Assembly (NCBI GenBank): GCA_963815455.1
Contig: CAWFGO010000002.1
Location: forward strand, 224,001 to 288,000
Origin: an uncultured Verrucomicrobiae bacterium
GTDB taxonomy: Bacteria > Verrucomicrobiota > Verrucomicrobiia > Chthoniobacterales > UBA10450
Direction of reading: 5' to 3'
Length of the DNA: 64,000 nt
In this document: positions 21,024 to 30,275 of the stretch, one piece after another
Layout: the number at the start of each line of letters is the position of its first letter
How positions within the stretch are numbered: position 1 is the first letter of the stretch
Program-made: the position numbers and the translations under genes
The notes under the pieces: generated by a model
Told to the model about the DNA's origin: nothing
Database searches by the model: none
Seen by the model: the letters and a program-made list of their open reading frames with translations, nothing else

Positions 21024-21384
21024 CCTCCTTTGGTTTCATCACCACTTCCATCTTGATCTCCTGAAACCCGAGTTGATCGTGAATCAAGCCGAGCAATTCG
21101 AGCGCTCGCGCGTCGGGCATTTGCTCGCATCGGACTTCAATGCGCGCTCGTTTCCCGGCCAGCTCCGGGTGCGTCTGCACTAGTTCGCCGTCGAGCAGAA
21201 ATGAAACGTAAGCGTTGAAGCGCTCCTGTAATTCGAGCAACCGCTCATCCGAGCCGTCCCATTCGCCCGGCTCGTTCATGACCAGAAGGATGCTGTCGGT
21301 TTTTGTGTCGTGGGCGATCACATCGATTACGCCGATTCGATCTCGGACCGGGGGACCCTCGTTTGGATTGTTTGCTAAAGCCAT
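21013..21384 (-). CDS. Conserved hypothetical protein (DUF6572-like)
   Basis: VIDVIA..L.M...W....L..LQERFNAY..FL.DGEL...HP pattern. Confidence 0.65.
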   Translation of the reverse strand: MALANNPNEGPPVRDRIGVIDVIAHDTKTDSILLVMNEPGEWDGSDERLLELQERFNAYVSFLLDGELVQTHPELAGKRARIEVRCEQMPDARALELLGLIHDQLGFQEIKMEVVMKPKEGQD

Positions 21385-21429
21385 GGTTGGGAGTTAAACG
21401 TTGGGCGTTGAACGTTCAACGTTCAAGTG

Positions 21430-21870
21430 ATGAAACGACCGAAACCTACGCGCCTGACGCTACTGGGCCGAAGCGAGGCGAAACTTCCCTCGTCGCCCGT
21501 TGCAGCGTGCCTGGAGACTTTTTCAAATCCGGCCCGGCGACATTATCGGATTCATTTCGAAACCGACGATTTCACTTCACTTTGTCCCATCACCGGCCAG
21601 GCCGATTTTGCCAGGATCGACATCGATTACGTTCCGGACCGTTTGTGCGTGGAAAGCAAATCGCTCAAGTTTTATCTCGCCTCTTATCGGAACGAGCGCG
21701 CGTTCAATGAAGCGGTCACCAACCGAATCCTCGATGATTTCGTGAAGGCGTGCGCACCCCTGGAAGCGATCGTGACGGCGCAATTTTCCGCTCGCGGCGG
21801 AATCGCGCTTACTGTCCGGGCGGAATATCCGGACGAAAGATCACGCGGGGCGAGCCGCGATGGCCGATGA
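21430..21870 (+). CDS. queF: preQ0 reductase, type I
   Basis: FTSLCPITGQADFA, ESKSLKFYL, F.ARGGI. Confidence 0.95.
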   Translation: MKRPKPTRLTLLGRSEAKLPSSPVAACLETFSNPARRHYRIHFETDDFTSLCPITGQADFARIDIDYVPDRLCVESKSLKFYLASYRNERAFNEAVTNRILDDFVKACAPLEAIVTAQFSARGGIALTVRAEYPDERSRGASRDGR

Positions 21871-21877
21871 AAAGCAG

Positions 21878-21959
21878 GTCATTCCGAGCGGAAGTCGAGG
21901 AATCCCGTTGCAAACCAAGCCGCCGTTCAACGGGATCCTTCGACTTCGCTCAGGATGAC
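21878..21959. repeat. GTCATCC...GGATGAC MITE-like inverted repeat element (family D)
   Basis: GTCATTCCGAGCGGAAGTCGAGGAATCCCG ... CGGGATCCTTCGACTTCGCTCAGGATGAC. Confidence 0.85.
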
Positions 21960-21982
21960 CAGGTAAGATTGCGTCACATCAA

Positions 21983-22669
21983 ATGAAACACGCGGTTGTT
22001 CTTCTGAGCGGCGGACTTGATTCGGCCACCACTTTGGCCATCGCCATCGCGAATGGCTACCAAGCGTATGCGCTCTCGTTTGATTACGGCCAGCGTCACC
22101 AGGTTGAAGTGGAAGCAGCCCGGCGCGTGGCAAAAGCCCTCGGTGCAAAAGAGCATCGAGTGGCTCAGATCGATCTGCGCGTCTTCGGCGGTTCGGCGCT
22201 GACCGCCGATGTCGATGTTCCGAAATCGCGTTCGGACGCGGAGATCGGGAGGGGGATTCCGAGCACCTACGTCCCGGCCCGCAACACAATTTTCCTCGCC
22301 TACGCGCTCGGCTGGGCGGAGGTGCTCGGCGCCGGTCATATTTATTTAGGCGTGAATGCCATCGATTACAGCGGATATCCCGATTGCCGGCCGGAGTTTA
22401 TCGCCCTGTTTGAAACGCTGGCCAACATCGGCACCAAGGCCGGTTTGGAAGGGCGGCGCTTTCAAATTCACACGCCGTTACTAAAGCTTTCCAAAGCGGA
22501 GATCATTCGAAAAGCGATCGAACTCGATCTTGATCTTTCACTGACCCATAGTTGCTACGATCCGACGCCGGCGGGTCTCGCCTGTGGTCAATGCGATTCG
22601 TGCCTGTTACGGCTGAAAGGTTTCCGCGAGGCAGGCGTGCCCGATCCGATTGGTTATGCCGGGCAATGA
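21983..22669 (+). CDS. queC: 7-cyano-7-deazaguanine synthase
   Basis: [36 protein letters not shown]. Confidence 0.96.
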   Translation: MKHAVVLLSGGLDSATTLAIAIANGYQAYALSFDYGQRHQVEVEAARRVAKALGAKEHRVAQIDLRVFGGSALTADVDVPKSRSDAEIGRGIPSTYVPARNTIFLAYALGWAEVLGAGHIYLGVNAIDYSGYPDCRPEFIALFETLANIGTKAGLEGRRFQIHTPLLKLSKAEIIRKAIELDLDLSLTHSCYDPTPAGLACGQCDSCLLRLKGFREAGVPDPIGYAGQ

Positions 22670-22866
22670 AATCGCCGGGGATTTTCGTCTTAACCAAGCG
22701 TGAACAGCGCGCCGCAATTGTGATCGCGGTCGCTCTGGTGGCATTGGCCATGGCGACACATCATCGCGATAACGAAAAGCAAATCATTCCGACCACATCG
22801 ACATCGGCTGAGCCGAGCATCACGCCACCTTTAGCGGAAGAAGACAGCGCCGACAGCGGCGATTGA
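22666..22866 (+). CDS. Small single-TM hypothetical protein
   Basis: ATGA overlap with que[10 protein letters not shown] followed by a hydrophobic helix. Confidence 0.55.
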   Translation: MKSPGIFVLTKREQRAAIVIAVALVALAMATHHRDNEKQIIPTTSTSAEPSITPPLAEEDSADSGD

Positions 22867-22868
22867 CG

Positions 22869-23720
22869 TCAGCGCTGAGTCAAACCCGGCACGCGCCCGT
22901 AGCCGACAAAGGTCGGGCCCGAGTGGTCGTCGGATTTCTGCTCCGGGCGCACGACTTTGAAATCGACCACACTGACTCCACTGCGCGGCTGATCCTTGTA
23001 CATTCGTCCGTCACTCGCGCCCACCATGAGGCGTTGTCCGGTTCCCTTCTCGCGCCCCAGATAAATCATCGTTTCCGTTATGGCCGGCTCCCGACTGGGT
23101 GAATGCGTGTCGGCCCAAAAAAGCAGATCGCCAGGCTGAAGAGCATTCAGCTCGAAAGTATCGTCGCTTTGAGCAAGAACGGCCTGAAAGTTTCCGGCTT
23201 TGCGAACCCAGACGTATTGGTCACGCGCATCTCGCGCCACATCCGACATGCCGCACTTGAGCAGCACATAATAAATAAAACCGGAGCAATCCATTCCGCC
23301 GTTTACCGGATCGGCCGAGCCATAGCGATAGTCCAGGTTCAGGCTGGTTAGGCCAAGCGCGATTTCGATGATCTTTCGCACTTCCGGCGGATCATTCTCG
23401 TAATCTGAAATTTCGTCGGACGAAATGGTCGCATTCGGCGCAGGTGTTTGTTTGGGAGTTGCCTGCGGGCGCGGCGTCTCGGTCGCGCTTGGCTCAGACG
23501 CCGCCGCTTCGGTCGATTCGGGAGACGCGGATGGTGTAGGAGAAGGCGTTCGCTTCGGTTTCGCCGGTTTCTTTTCCTTGCTATGGAACGGATTGAGGCC
23601 GCTAAAGAAACTCTTCTTTTTAGGGGCGGGCGTTTCCTGTTCTTCCTCAGCCGCAATCATCGTGGCCGCAAACGTGACCACCGACACAAGCAGGACCCAA
23701 ACTCGCAGCTTTTTCTTCAT
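22869..23720 (-). CDS. NlpC/P60 family exported protein with catalytic His replaced
   Basis: YRYGS..GMDCSG, QPGDLLFW, ITETMIY. Confidence 0.85.
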   Translation of the reverse strand: MKKKLRVWVLLVSVVTFAATMIAAEEEQETPAPKKKSFFSGLNPFHSKEKKPAKPKRTPSPTPSASPESTEAAASEPSATETPRPQATPKQTPAPNATISSDEISDYENDPPEVRKIIEIALGLTSLNLDYRYGSADPVNGGMDCSGFIYYVLLKCGMSDVARDARDQYVWVRKAGNFQAVLAQSDDTFELNALQPGDLLFWADTHSPSREPAITETMIYLGREKGTGQRLMVGASDGRMYKDQPRSGVSVVDFKVVRPEQKSDDHSGPTFVGYGRVPGLTQR

Positions 23721-23802
23721 CGAAAATCTGCCATGACTAGAATCCAAAACGGCATCCGCACAACTCGCATTGGTCAAGACTCTCCGGCGTTTGCGAAAAC
23801 AA

Positions 23803-24819
23803 TCAACGTAATCCGGGAATGTGGCCGTAACCGACAAATGTGGGAGTAAGCCGGCCTTCCTGGGTTTTCGTCGACGGCGCAATCTTGAAATCGAACACGC
23901 TGACGCCATAACGCGACTCACCGTGGTAGGTGCGCCCATCGCTGGCCCCGATCATGATGCGATGCTTCGTGCCTTTCTCGCGGCCGAGGTAAATCATCGC
24001 ATGCGTGATCGGCGGGTCGCGTTCGATCTGATAGGTCCCGGTCCAGAAGAGCAGATCGCCCGGCATCAGATGCTCGAGCTCAAAAGTGTCTTCCTTTCGG
24101 CTGATCACCGGCTCGAATTCTCCGGCCTTGCGCAGCCAATTGTATTGCTCGCTCGAATCCCGTGGCACATCCGGAATACCGGAATTCGTCAGCACATAAT
24201 AAACAAAACCGGAACAATCCATGCCCCCGCTCTCCGGATCGGCCGAGCCGTATTTGTAATCCAGACCCTGACCGGCCAGATCCAGCGCAAGATCGACAAC
24301 TTTTTGCACGTTGCTTGGATAATCTTCGTATCCCGAAATTTGATCGGCTTTGATAGAAACCGGTGCGCCTTTCCTTGGCGTGGGAGTCGGCGTGGGTTCG
24401 GGCGTCTCGCTTGGCTCTGGAGAGGCGGTTGCGCTCGGTGACGGCGTCGGCGTTTCAGTCGGTGTTGGCGTGGGCGAACCTTTTCGACGCTTTTTGGGGG
24501 ACGGAGCCCGCGACTCTTCCGGCGTTGGACTCGGCGAGGTTTTCTTGCGGCGTTTCGGCGATGACGAAGCCTTGGGCTCGGGCTTCTCCGAACTCGCGGC
24601 CTTTTTGGAACTCTTCGACTTGGGCTTCGCCGAAGGACTGGGAGACGGCGACGAATGCGTTTTCTTGGTTGTTTTGCGGTGCTTGCGCGGAGTCGGCGTC
24701 GGGGTCGGAGCGAAGACTTTTTTGATCTTGTCGCCGAGCGATTCTTCCGCCGTCTGAGCACTGAGAACCAGCGAACAGACCGCGCCAACGATAAGAATCG
24801 ATCGCCAACCCGCTGTCAT
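23803..24819 (-). CDS. NlpC/P60 peptidoglycan peptidase with Pro/Ser/Thr/Lys-rich linker
   Basis: YKYGS..GMDCSG, PGDLLFW, ITHAMIY. Confidence 0.9.
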   Translation of the reverse strand: MTAGWRSILIVGAVCSLVLSAQTAEESLGDKIKKVFAPTPTPTPRKHRKTTKKTHSSPSPSPSAKPKSKSSKKAASSEKPEPKASSSPKRRKKTSPSPTPEESRAPSPKKRRKGSPTPTPTETPTPSPSATASPEPSETPEPTPTPTPRKGAPVSIKADQISGYEDYPSNVQKVVDLALDLAGQGLDYKYGSADPESGGMDCSGFVYYVLTNSGIPDVPRDSSEQYNWLRKAGEFEPVISRKEDTFELEHLMPGDLLFWTGTYQIERDPPITHAMIYLGREKGTKHRIMIGASDGRTYHGESRYGVSVFDFKIAPSTKTQEGRLTPTFVGYGHIPGLR

Positions 24820-24829
24820 TATCCGACGT

Positions 24830-26164
24830 TTAGCCGGCAAGTTCCTCCAACAGCGCTTTGTTCATCCGAATTCCACCCTCGAAATTTTCCAGCGGGAAAT
24901 TTTCGTTAGGCGAATGGGCCCGGCAATCCGGCAGAGCCAGCCCGCATAGCAACGTTTCCGCGCCGAGAATGTTTCGAAACTCGGACACGATCGGAATGCT
25001 GCCGCCTTCGCGAATCAACGCGACGTCGTGATTGAACGCTTTCTTGAGCGCGCGCTGCGCCGCTTTCCCGAATTCGCCATTCGGATCGGTCAAATACCAC
25101 GGCCCGGAATGACCGCCGATCGTTTCCAGCGTGACTCCCGGCGGCAGATTTTTCTGAAAATGTTTTTTGGCAAGATCGACAACTACGTCGCCCTTCTGGT
25201 TCGGCACGAGTCGGAACGTCAGTTTGGCAAAAGCGTAACTTGGCAGAACGGTTTTCGTCCCCTGGCCTTGATAACCGCCACCGAATCCGTTGATCTCCGC
25301 CGTCGGCCGCGCCCAAATCCGCTCAAACGTGCTGAAACCTTTTTCGCCGAACAGCGCGGGCGAGCCGCTTTCCTGCAGCACCAGCGCATCGGCATCAATC
25401 GGGAGTTTGCTCCACATTTCGCGCTCCCATTTTTCCAGTGGCAGCACGTCGTCGTAAAAACCCGCGATCATGATGTGGCCATCTTTATCGTGCAAACTCG
25501 CCAGTAACTTCGACATCGCCATTAACGGATTCGCCACCGCGCCGCCGTAGATGCCGGAATGCAAATCGATCTTCGGCCCGGTCACTTTGAGTTCGAGCCC
25601 GACAACGCCTCGCAATCCATAACTCAGCGTCGGCATGCCCTTCGCAATCATTCCCGTGTCCGACACCACCACCACGTCGCACTTAAGGCTCTCGCGATTC
25701 TCTTTCAAAAATTTCGGCAGATTCGTGCTGCCGACTTCCTCTTCGCCCTCGATCACAAGATCGACATTGACCGGCAACTCGCCCTCTTTCTCGATCGTTT
25801 CCTGCAAACCGAGAATGTGCGCGAGAATTTGTCCTTTGTTGTCGGTCGATCCGCGCGCGAAAACGTAGCCGTTTTTTAAGACCGGCTCGAACGGCGGCGA
25901 ATCCCAAAGGTCGAGCGGATCGGGCGGTTGCACATCGTAATGACCATAGATCAGAACGTTGCGAAGCCCGGGCCGATGCTTGTTTCGCGCCCATACCACC
26001 GGATGACCCGCAGTCGGCACGACTTTGGATTCCAAACCGATTCCCTCCAGCTTCTTCGACAACCATCCCGCGCATTCGCGCACCTTTGGGGCAAACTGAT
26101 CGTCGGTTGAAACACTCGGGAACCGGAGAAACGAATAATAATCCTCAAGATAACTTTCGCGCAT
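24830..26164 (-). CDS. M20-family dipeptidase
   Basis: YGHYDVQP, RGSTDNKGQ, EGEEE, DLHSG, GGSIP, AHSPNE. Confidence 0.93.
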   Translation of the reverse strand: MRESYLEDYYSFLRFPSVSTDDQFAPKVRECAGWLSKKLEGIGLESKVVPTAGHPVVWARNKHRPGLRNVLIYGHYDVQPPDPLDLWDSPPFEPVLKNGYVFARGSTDNKGQILAHILGLQETIEKEGELPVNVDLVIEGEEEVGSTNLPKFLKENRESLKCDVVVVSDTGMIAKGMPTLSYGLRGVVGLELKVTGPKIDLHSGIYGGAVANPLMAMSKLLASLHDKDGHIMIAGFYDDVLPLEKWEREMWSKLPIDADALVLQESGSPALFGEKGFSTFERIWARPTAEINGFGGGYQGQGTKTVLPSYAFAKLTFRLVPNQKGDVVVDLAKKHFQKNLPPGVTLETIGGHSGPWYLTDPNGEFGKAAQRALKKAFNHDVALIREGGSIPIVSEFRNILGAETLLCGLALPDCRAHSPNENFPLENFEGGIRMNKALLEELAG

Positions 26165-26211
26165 GAGGAGAGCTTAGACAGAGCTGGGGACGTCGTCCAA
26201 CCTTGAACCGC

Positions 26212-26742
26212 TTATTCCAGCGATCGAAACATGACGTAAACATCGACATCGCCCTTTTTGGGATGTCGAAATGCTTTCGGTAACGTGCCGACGATCTTGA
26301 ATTCGAGCTGTTTCCACAAACGAATGGCCGATTCGTTCGTCGAAACCACAAAGTTGAATTGCATCGCGCGAAACCCGAGCCGGTGTGCCTCGGCCAGGCA
26401 ATGTTCGGCCATCGCGCGTCCCACTCCCCGGCCGCGTGCCGCCGATGCAACCATGAAAGCCGCATTGGCAACATGCGAACCTCCAGCGGCTTGATTGGGC
26501 TTCAGGATATACGTCCCAACCACCCGACGATCTGGCTGAGAACTTGACCGCTTTAAACGGTCAAGTTCCGCGGCGTAGGCATGCGTGCCGGGAGCGAACC
26601 AATAGGCAAGCGCGTCTTCGCGCGATATTTTCGGTTCGATCGCATAGGTATCTCCAGCAGCGACGACTTCTCGGAAAATTTTCCAAATCGCATCGTGGTC
26701 CGCCTTGGTGGCTTCGCGAATCTCCACGAGCGCGGATTTCAC
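26212..26742 (-). CDS. GNAT acetyltransferase
   Basis: ARGRGVGR, MQFNFVVSTNESAIRLW, GTLPKAFRHP. Confidence 0.9.
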   Translation of the reverse strand: MKSALVEIREATKADHDAIWKIFREVVAAGDTYAIEPKISREDALAYWFAPGTHAYAAELDRLKRSSSQPDRRVVGTYILKPNQAAGGSHVANAAFMVASAARGRGVGRAMAEHCLAEAHRLGFRAMQFNFVVSTNESAIRLWKQLEFKIVGTLPKAFRHPKKGDVDVYVMFRSLE

Positions 26743-27773
26743 CGGCTCTTGAAGGTTAATGGAACAATCACGAAACCTTCATGGCCCGGCTCACATTTCC
26801 ATTGCCCAAGCCCCTTGATGGAAGCGGCATCGAGAGCTTCGACCCCGGTCGAATTCAGTACCTGAACATTTTTGACGGTGCCATCCGCATTAAAATTGAC
26901 TCGATAACGGCCCGACCTGGCGACCCCGTCGCTGAAACGCGCCTCGGACGGATAAATCGGCTTCGGCGTGTAAACAAGACGTGGCCTGGGCGTCGGCGTA
27001 GGACGGGGTTCGCCTGGCCAGCGGGCGGTCGCATTCGGCTGAATTTCCTCCACAACGGATTTCACTGCATTCACCGATTGAATAACGGTCGATCCTTCCT
27101 CTTTCTGGTCGCGTTCCGTTACAACTCCGATGACATCGCCGTTTTCACCAACAACGGGGGCACCAAGCGAAATCTCTGGAACCTGAGCCACCAGGCCGAA
27201 TTGGTTTTGGCTCTCCTCGGCCCCGTTGCCCGCTATTTTTCCCTCGACCGGGGCGCCTTCGCTCCCGGCTAGCGAGCTTCCTATCACCGCCACTTGCGTG
27301 CCGGGCTCAGGCTTGGCGTTCTCAGCCAGAGGCAGAAATGGGACGGTCTTAACATCGGCATTGAGAACGGCGAGATCGAGCTTCGTGGAATGCACCAGGA
27401 CGTTGCTGATGTTGTAAAGCCCCCCATCTGCGGTCTTGGCAACCGCGTTCACCGCGCCCTCAATCGTGCGCGACGCGGTGATGATCCTGCCGTTATCGGA
27501 AATGAAAAATCCTGTGCCTGAGCGCAACAGATTTCCCGCTGGATCAAAAACCGTAATCAAAATTACTGCGGGCCGGATTTTTTCGGCAAGTTGCTCCAGA
27601 TGCGTTTTCTCCGGCGTCGGAGTCGCCGTGGGAACCGGAGTAATTGGAGCCGGAGTGGATGCCTGCTCCGTAACCTGAGGAACGGTTTCGGGCTCCGCCT
27701 TTCGCTTGCATCCTGTCGCGGCGAGAACGGCAAGGCAAAGGGCGTATCGAATTGTGAGCCAAAAGAGTTTCAT
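26739..27773 (-). CDS. Lipoprotein with degenerate trypsin-like domain and TonB C-terminal domain
   Basis: Lipobox ATGC, GTGFFI, DLAVL, GAPV...G.VIGV, then P.YP..A..G......DG.V..V.V..STG..LD. Confidence 0.75.
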   Translation of the reverse strand: MKLFWLTIRYALCLAVLAATGCKRKAEPETVPQVTEQASTPAPITPVPTATPTPEKTHLEQLAEKIRPAVILITVFDPAGNLLRSGTGFFISDNGRIITASRTIEGAVNAVAKTADGGLYNISNVLVHSTKLDLAVLNADVKTVPFLPLAENAKPEPGTQVAVIGSSLAGSEGAPVEGKIAGNGAEESQNQFGLVAQVPEISLGAPVVGENGDVIGVVTERDQKEEGSTVIQSVNAVKSVVEEIQPNATARWPGEPRPTPTPRPRLVYTPKPIYPSEARFSDGVARSGRYRVNFNADGTVKNVQVLNSTGVEALDAASIKGLGQWKCEPGHEGFVIVPLTFKSR

Positions 27774-27860
27774 CTGTCTCCCGTCATAGTGTCCGACATT
27801 AGGCGGGATTCAATCAAGCCAGCAAATTGCCGGTGCATTTCTGCCCCGCGCTCAGGTCCT

Positions 27861-28280
27861 CTACGACGGCTTTGGCGGTCGAGTCGCGAAGCAAAGGACA
27901 ATCAACGCGCCGAACAGGGCGAGATCGGTCGCCATATGTGCCGGAAAACTCCAGTGTTGGCTGGCGTGACCGAAACAACCGCAGGTAATGTCCAGCCCGC
28001 GAATTTTCGCGGCAACAGTGGCAATGATGAAGACCGAAACGAGCGCGATCAGGATCGACAATGCACCGCGATACAACAAACGAAAAATCAGAGCCAGACC
28101 GCAAAAGATTTCCAGCCACGGCAAGTAAAAAGCCAGACCGGCACATACGGTCCACGGAAGGATCTTGTAATTATCGATGTCGCCGGCGAACTGGACCGGA
28201 TCGAGCACTTTGATCACCCCGGCATAAAGGAAAAGGCCGCCGATGATAAGATCGACAATGCGCCAGAGAATTTTCATCAT
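27861..28280 (-). CDS. MauE/DoxX-family membrane protein
   Basis: FLYAG..K, LPWLE, GLDITCGCFG. Confidence 0.88.
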   Translation of the reverse strand: MMKILWRIVDLIIGGLFLYAGVIKVLDPVQFAGDIDNYKILPWTVCAGLAFYLPWLEIFCGLALIFRLLYRGALSILIALVSVFIIATVAAKIRGLDITCGCFGHASQHWSFPAHMATDLALFGALIVLCFATRPPKPS

Positions 28281-28720
28281 TTTTTCTTCAGCCACGCTTC
28301 CCAGCCGCCTTCGAGGACGAACACGCAATTTTTTCCATCGGTGTCTCTCAATTGGACCGCGTCGCGCAATTTCTTTGCGACCTCGCGACTGGCGTTGCAA
28401 CTGAGGCTGCTGCAATAAACGACAACCTTCTTATCCGGCGTCCAGGCTGCCAATAACTGCGGCAGTAATTCGTTCCAGCGATCTTCATTCAACAAGATCC
28501 CGCCGGGAACGTGTTCTCGCTCGAACTCGTCGGCCGGCCGTGCGTCAACCCAAATCGCGCCGTCTCCCCAAGCCCGCGCCTGATCGACAGTGACCATTTC
28601 CGATGCAAGCACCGGCGAGCGCCACGAAATTTTATCGCGAAAATAAATCGCCTCCCCCAGCGCAGGCAGCAATGTCAGCGCAGCAAGGATGACCGCTTGG
28701 CGGAGCCAGGGTAATCTCAC
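28277..28720 (-). CDS. Rhodanese-like domain protein
   Basis: VDAR..EF..HVPG, VYCSSLSC, LEGGWEAW. Confidence 0.9.
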   Translation of the reverse strand: MRLPWLRQAVILAALTLLPALGEAIYFRDKISWRSPVLASEMVTVDQARAWGDGAIWVDARPADEFEREHVPGGILLNEDRWNELLPQLLAAWTPDKKVVVYCSSLSCNASREVAKKLRDAVQLRDTDGKNCVFVLEGGWEAWLKKK

Positions 28721-28736
28721 AGAATTGCGCCGGCTA

Positions 28737-29507
28737 CTAATGTCCTCCCGGCGAATCGGGCGCTGGATCGCTGAACGGATTCTTCAAAAGATCCTCCGTC
28801 GGCTGGCTGGATGGATCCGACAAAAGATTTTCCGGCGACCCCGACCCCATCACGCGAAGGTTTACTGGAAATTTTCTGGTCGAGTTTTCGATCTCGATCG
28901 TCACCGTCGCGGCCGTGGCCCGCGACGTGTCCCTGGGTTGCACATCGACCTTGAATTCGTGATCGCTGATCTTCTGGACGTTGGTTTGAAAATCCCAGTT
29001 CGATGACGAAACCTTAAGCGCCCTGACCGGGAATCCCCAATCCTTGGCAACCTTTACCTTCACCGTCTTTGCTTTCGGTTGCTCCCCCCCTTGCCAAAAT
29101 AAAAACGTGGGAGCAACCTCCAGCGGCTGCGGAATCACCGCCTTTATGGTGAGCACCGTGGAAGGATGAATCGGATCATCCGTCTCGACCGCGATTGTCT
29201 TCTCCTGAACGCCAGTCCGGTCGCCGATGTTCAGCCGGGCCGTGATTTCCCCTTTTTCGCCCGGCGGCACCGCCTCTGCCTGCGTCTGGACAGTGGTGCA
29301 TCCGCAGGCCGGCTTAACAGATTTGAACCGGACGGGACTGGTTCCGGGGTTTTGGTATTTGAAGTGAGCGACGGCCATTTGATCGTTGGGACCGGTATGC
29401 ACTTCGATCGTGGTTTGTTCCCATTTTAATTCTGCGTCGACGGTGGCACCAAAAAGGATGACCGCAATGCCGATGACGCTGGAACAAATGGCCTTCATTG
29501 TTTCCAA
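28737..29507 (-). CDS. DUF1573 exported protein, copy 2
   Basis: F.Y.N.G..P, ACGCT, PGEKGEI. Confidence 0.85.
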   Translation of the reverse strand: METMKAICSSVIGIAVILFGATVDAELKWEQTTIEVHTGPNDQMAVAHFKYQNPGTSPVRFKSVKPACGCTTVQTQAEAVPPGEKGEITARLNIGDRTGVQEKTIAVETDDPIHPSTVLTIKAVIPQPLEVAPTFLFWQGGEQPKAKTVKVKVAKDWGFPVRALKVSSSNWDFQTNVQKISDHEFKVDVQPRDTSRATAATVTIEIENSTRKFPVNLRVMGSGSPENLLSDPSSQPTEDLLKNPFSDPAPDSPGGH

Positions 29508-29519
29508 AAATGAGGCGCG

Positions 29520-30275
29520 CTATCGCGGAGCCGGGCTCGCTGGCGGCGTAGCCAGAGCATTGACCGCCGGCTTGAGCTGCTGCTTGGTCATCGGGTTTGC
29601 CGGATTCGCCCCCGGTTGGGGAGGAGCGCCCATCACTCTCAAATTCGCGTAGAGCAATTTGCTGGATTCGTCGGGCTGAATCGTTAGCGCGGCCGACAAC
29701 AGGCTCGATGTATCCTTCGGTTTGACCTCGATCTTGAACTCGCCGTTGCCGGTTTTTTCGACCTTGGTCTGGAACAATGGGCTCGATGAGGTGGCCTTGA
29801 TCGCCTTGACCGGGAAATCCTTGGCCGCTTTCACGGTGATCGTTTTAGGCTTCGCCTCCTCGCCGTTCTGCCAAAAAAGATAGGTGGGGGTCGCCTCGAT
29901 GTTTTGCGGAATAACCGCCTTGAGCACCAGCATGGTGGTGGCCCGCGTCGGATCGGGGTCATCAGTCTGAACCGTCACGTTTTTCGTCTGGGTGCCGGTG
30001 CGATCGCCAATCGTAAACGTAGCGGTGATCTCGCCTTTCTCACCCGCTTGCACGACGTCTTTTTGCGTCTGGGCAGTCGTGCAGCCGCAAGAGGCGTGCA
30101 CCGATTTGAACCGGACGGGTTGAGTCCCGACGTTTTGATACTTGAAATGCGCGACCGCTTGTTTGTCGCTGCTCGTGGGATGAAGCTCGATGGAGGTTTG
30201 TTCCCATTTCAGTTCGGCCCGCGCACTCGCGGAAACAAGGATCGACAGAATGATTGCTAAGGTAGGATTTTTCAT
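29520..30275 (-). CDS. DUF1573 exported protein, copy 1
   Basis: Signal peptide, SCGCT, GEKGEI; paralogue of the neighbouring gene. Confidence 0.85.
   Translation of the reverse strand: MKNPTLAIILSILVSASARAELKWEQTSIELHPTSSDKQAVAHFKYQNVGTQPVRFKSVHASCGCTTAQTQKDVVQAGEKGEITATFTIGDRTGTQTKNVTVQTDDPDPTRATTMLVLKAVIPQNIEATPTYLFWQNGEEAKPKTITVKAAKDFPVKAIKATSSSPLFQTKVEKTGNGEFKIEVKPKDTSSLLSAALTIQPDESSKLLYANLRVMGAPPQPGANPANPMTKQQLKPAVNALATPPASPAPR

Noticed and set aside
21385..21429. Possible preQ1 riboswitch before queF
   Set aside because: The 45-nt gap is a heptamer array, and no preQ1 stem or A-rich tail is visible.
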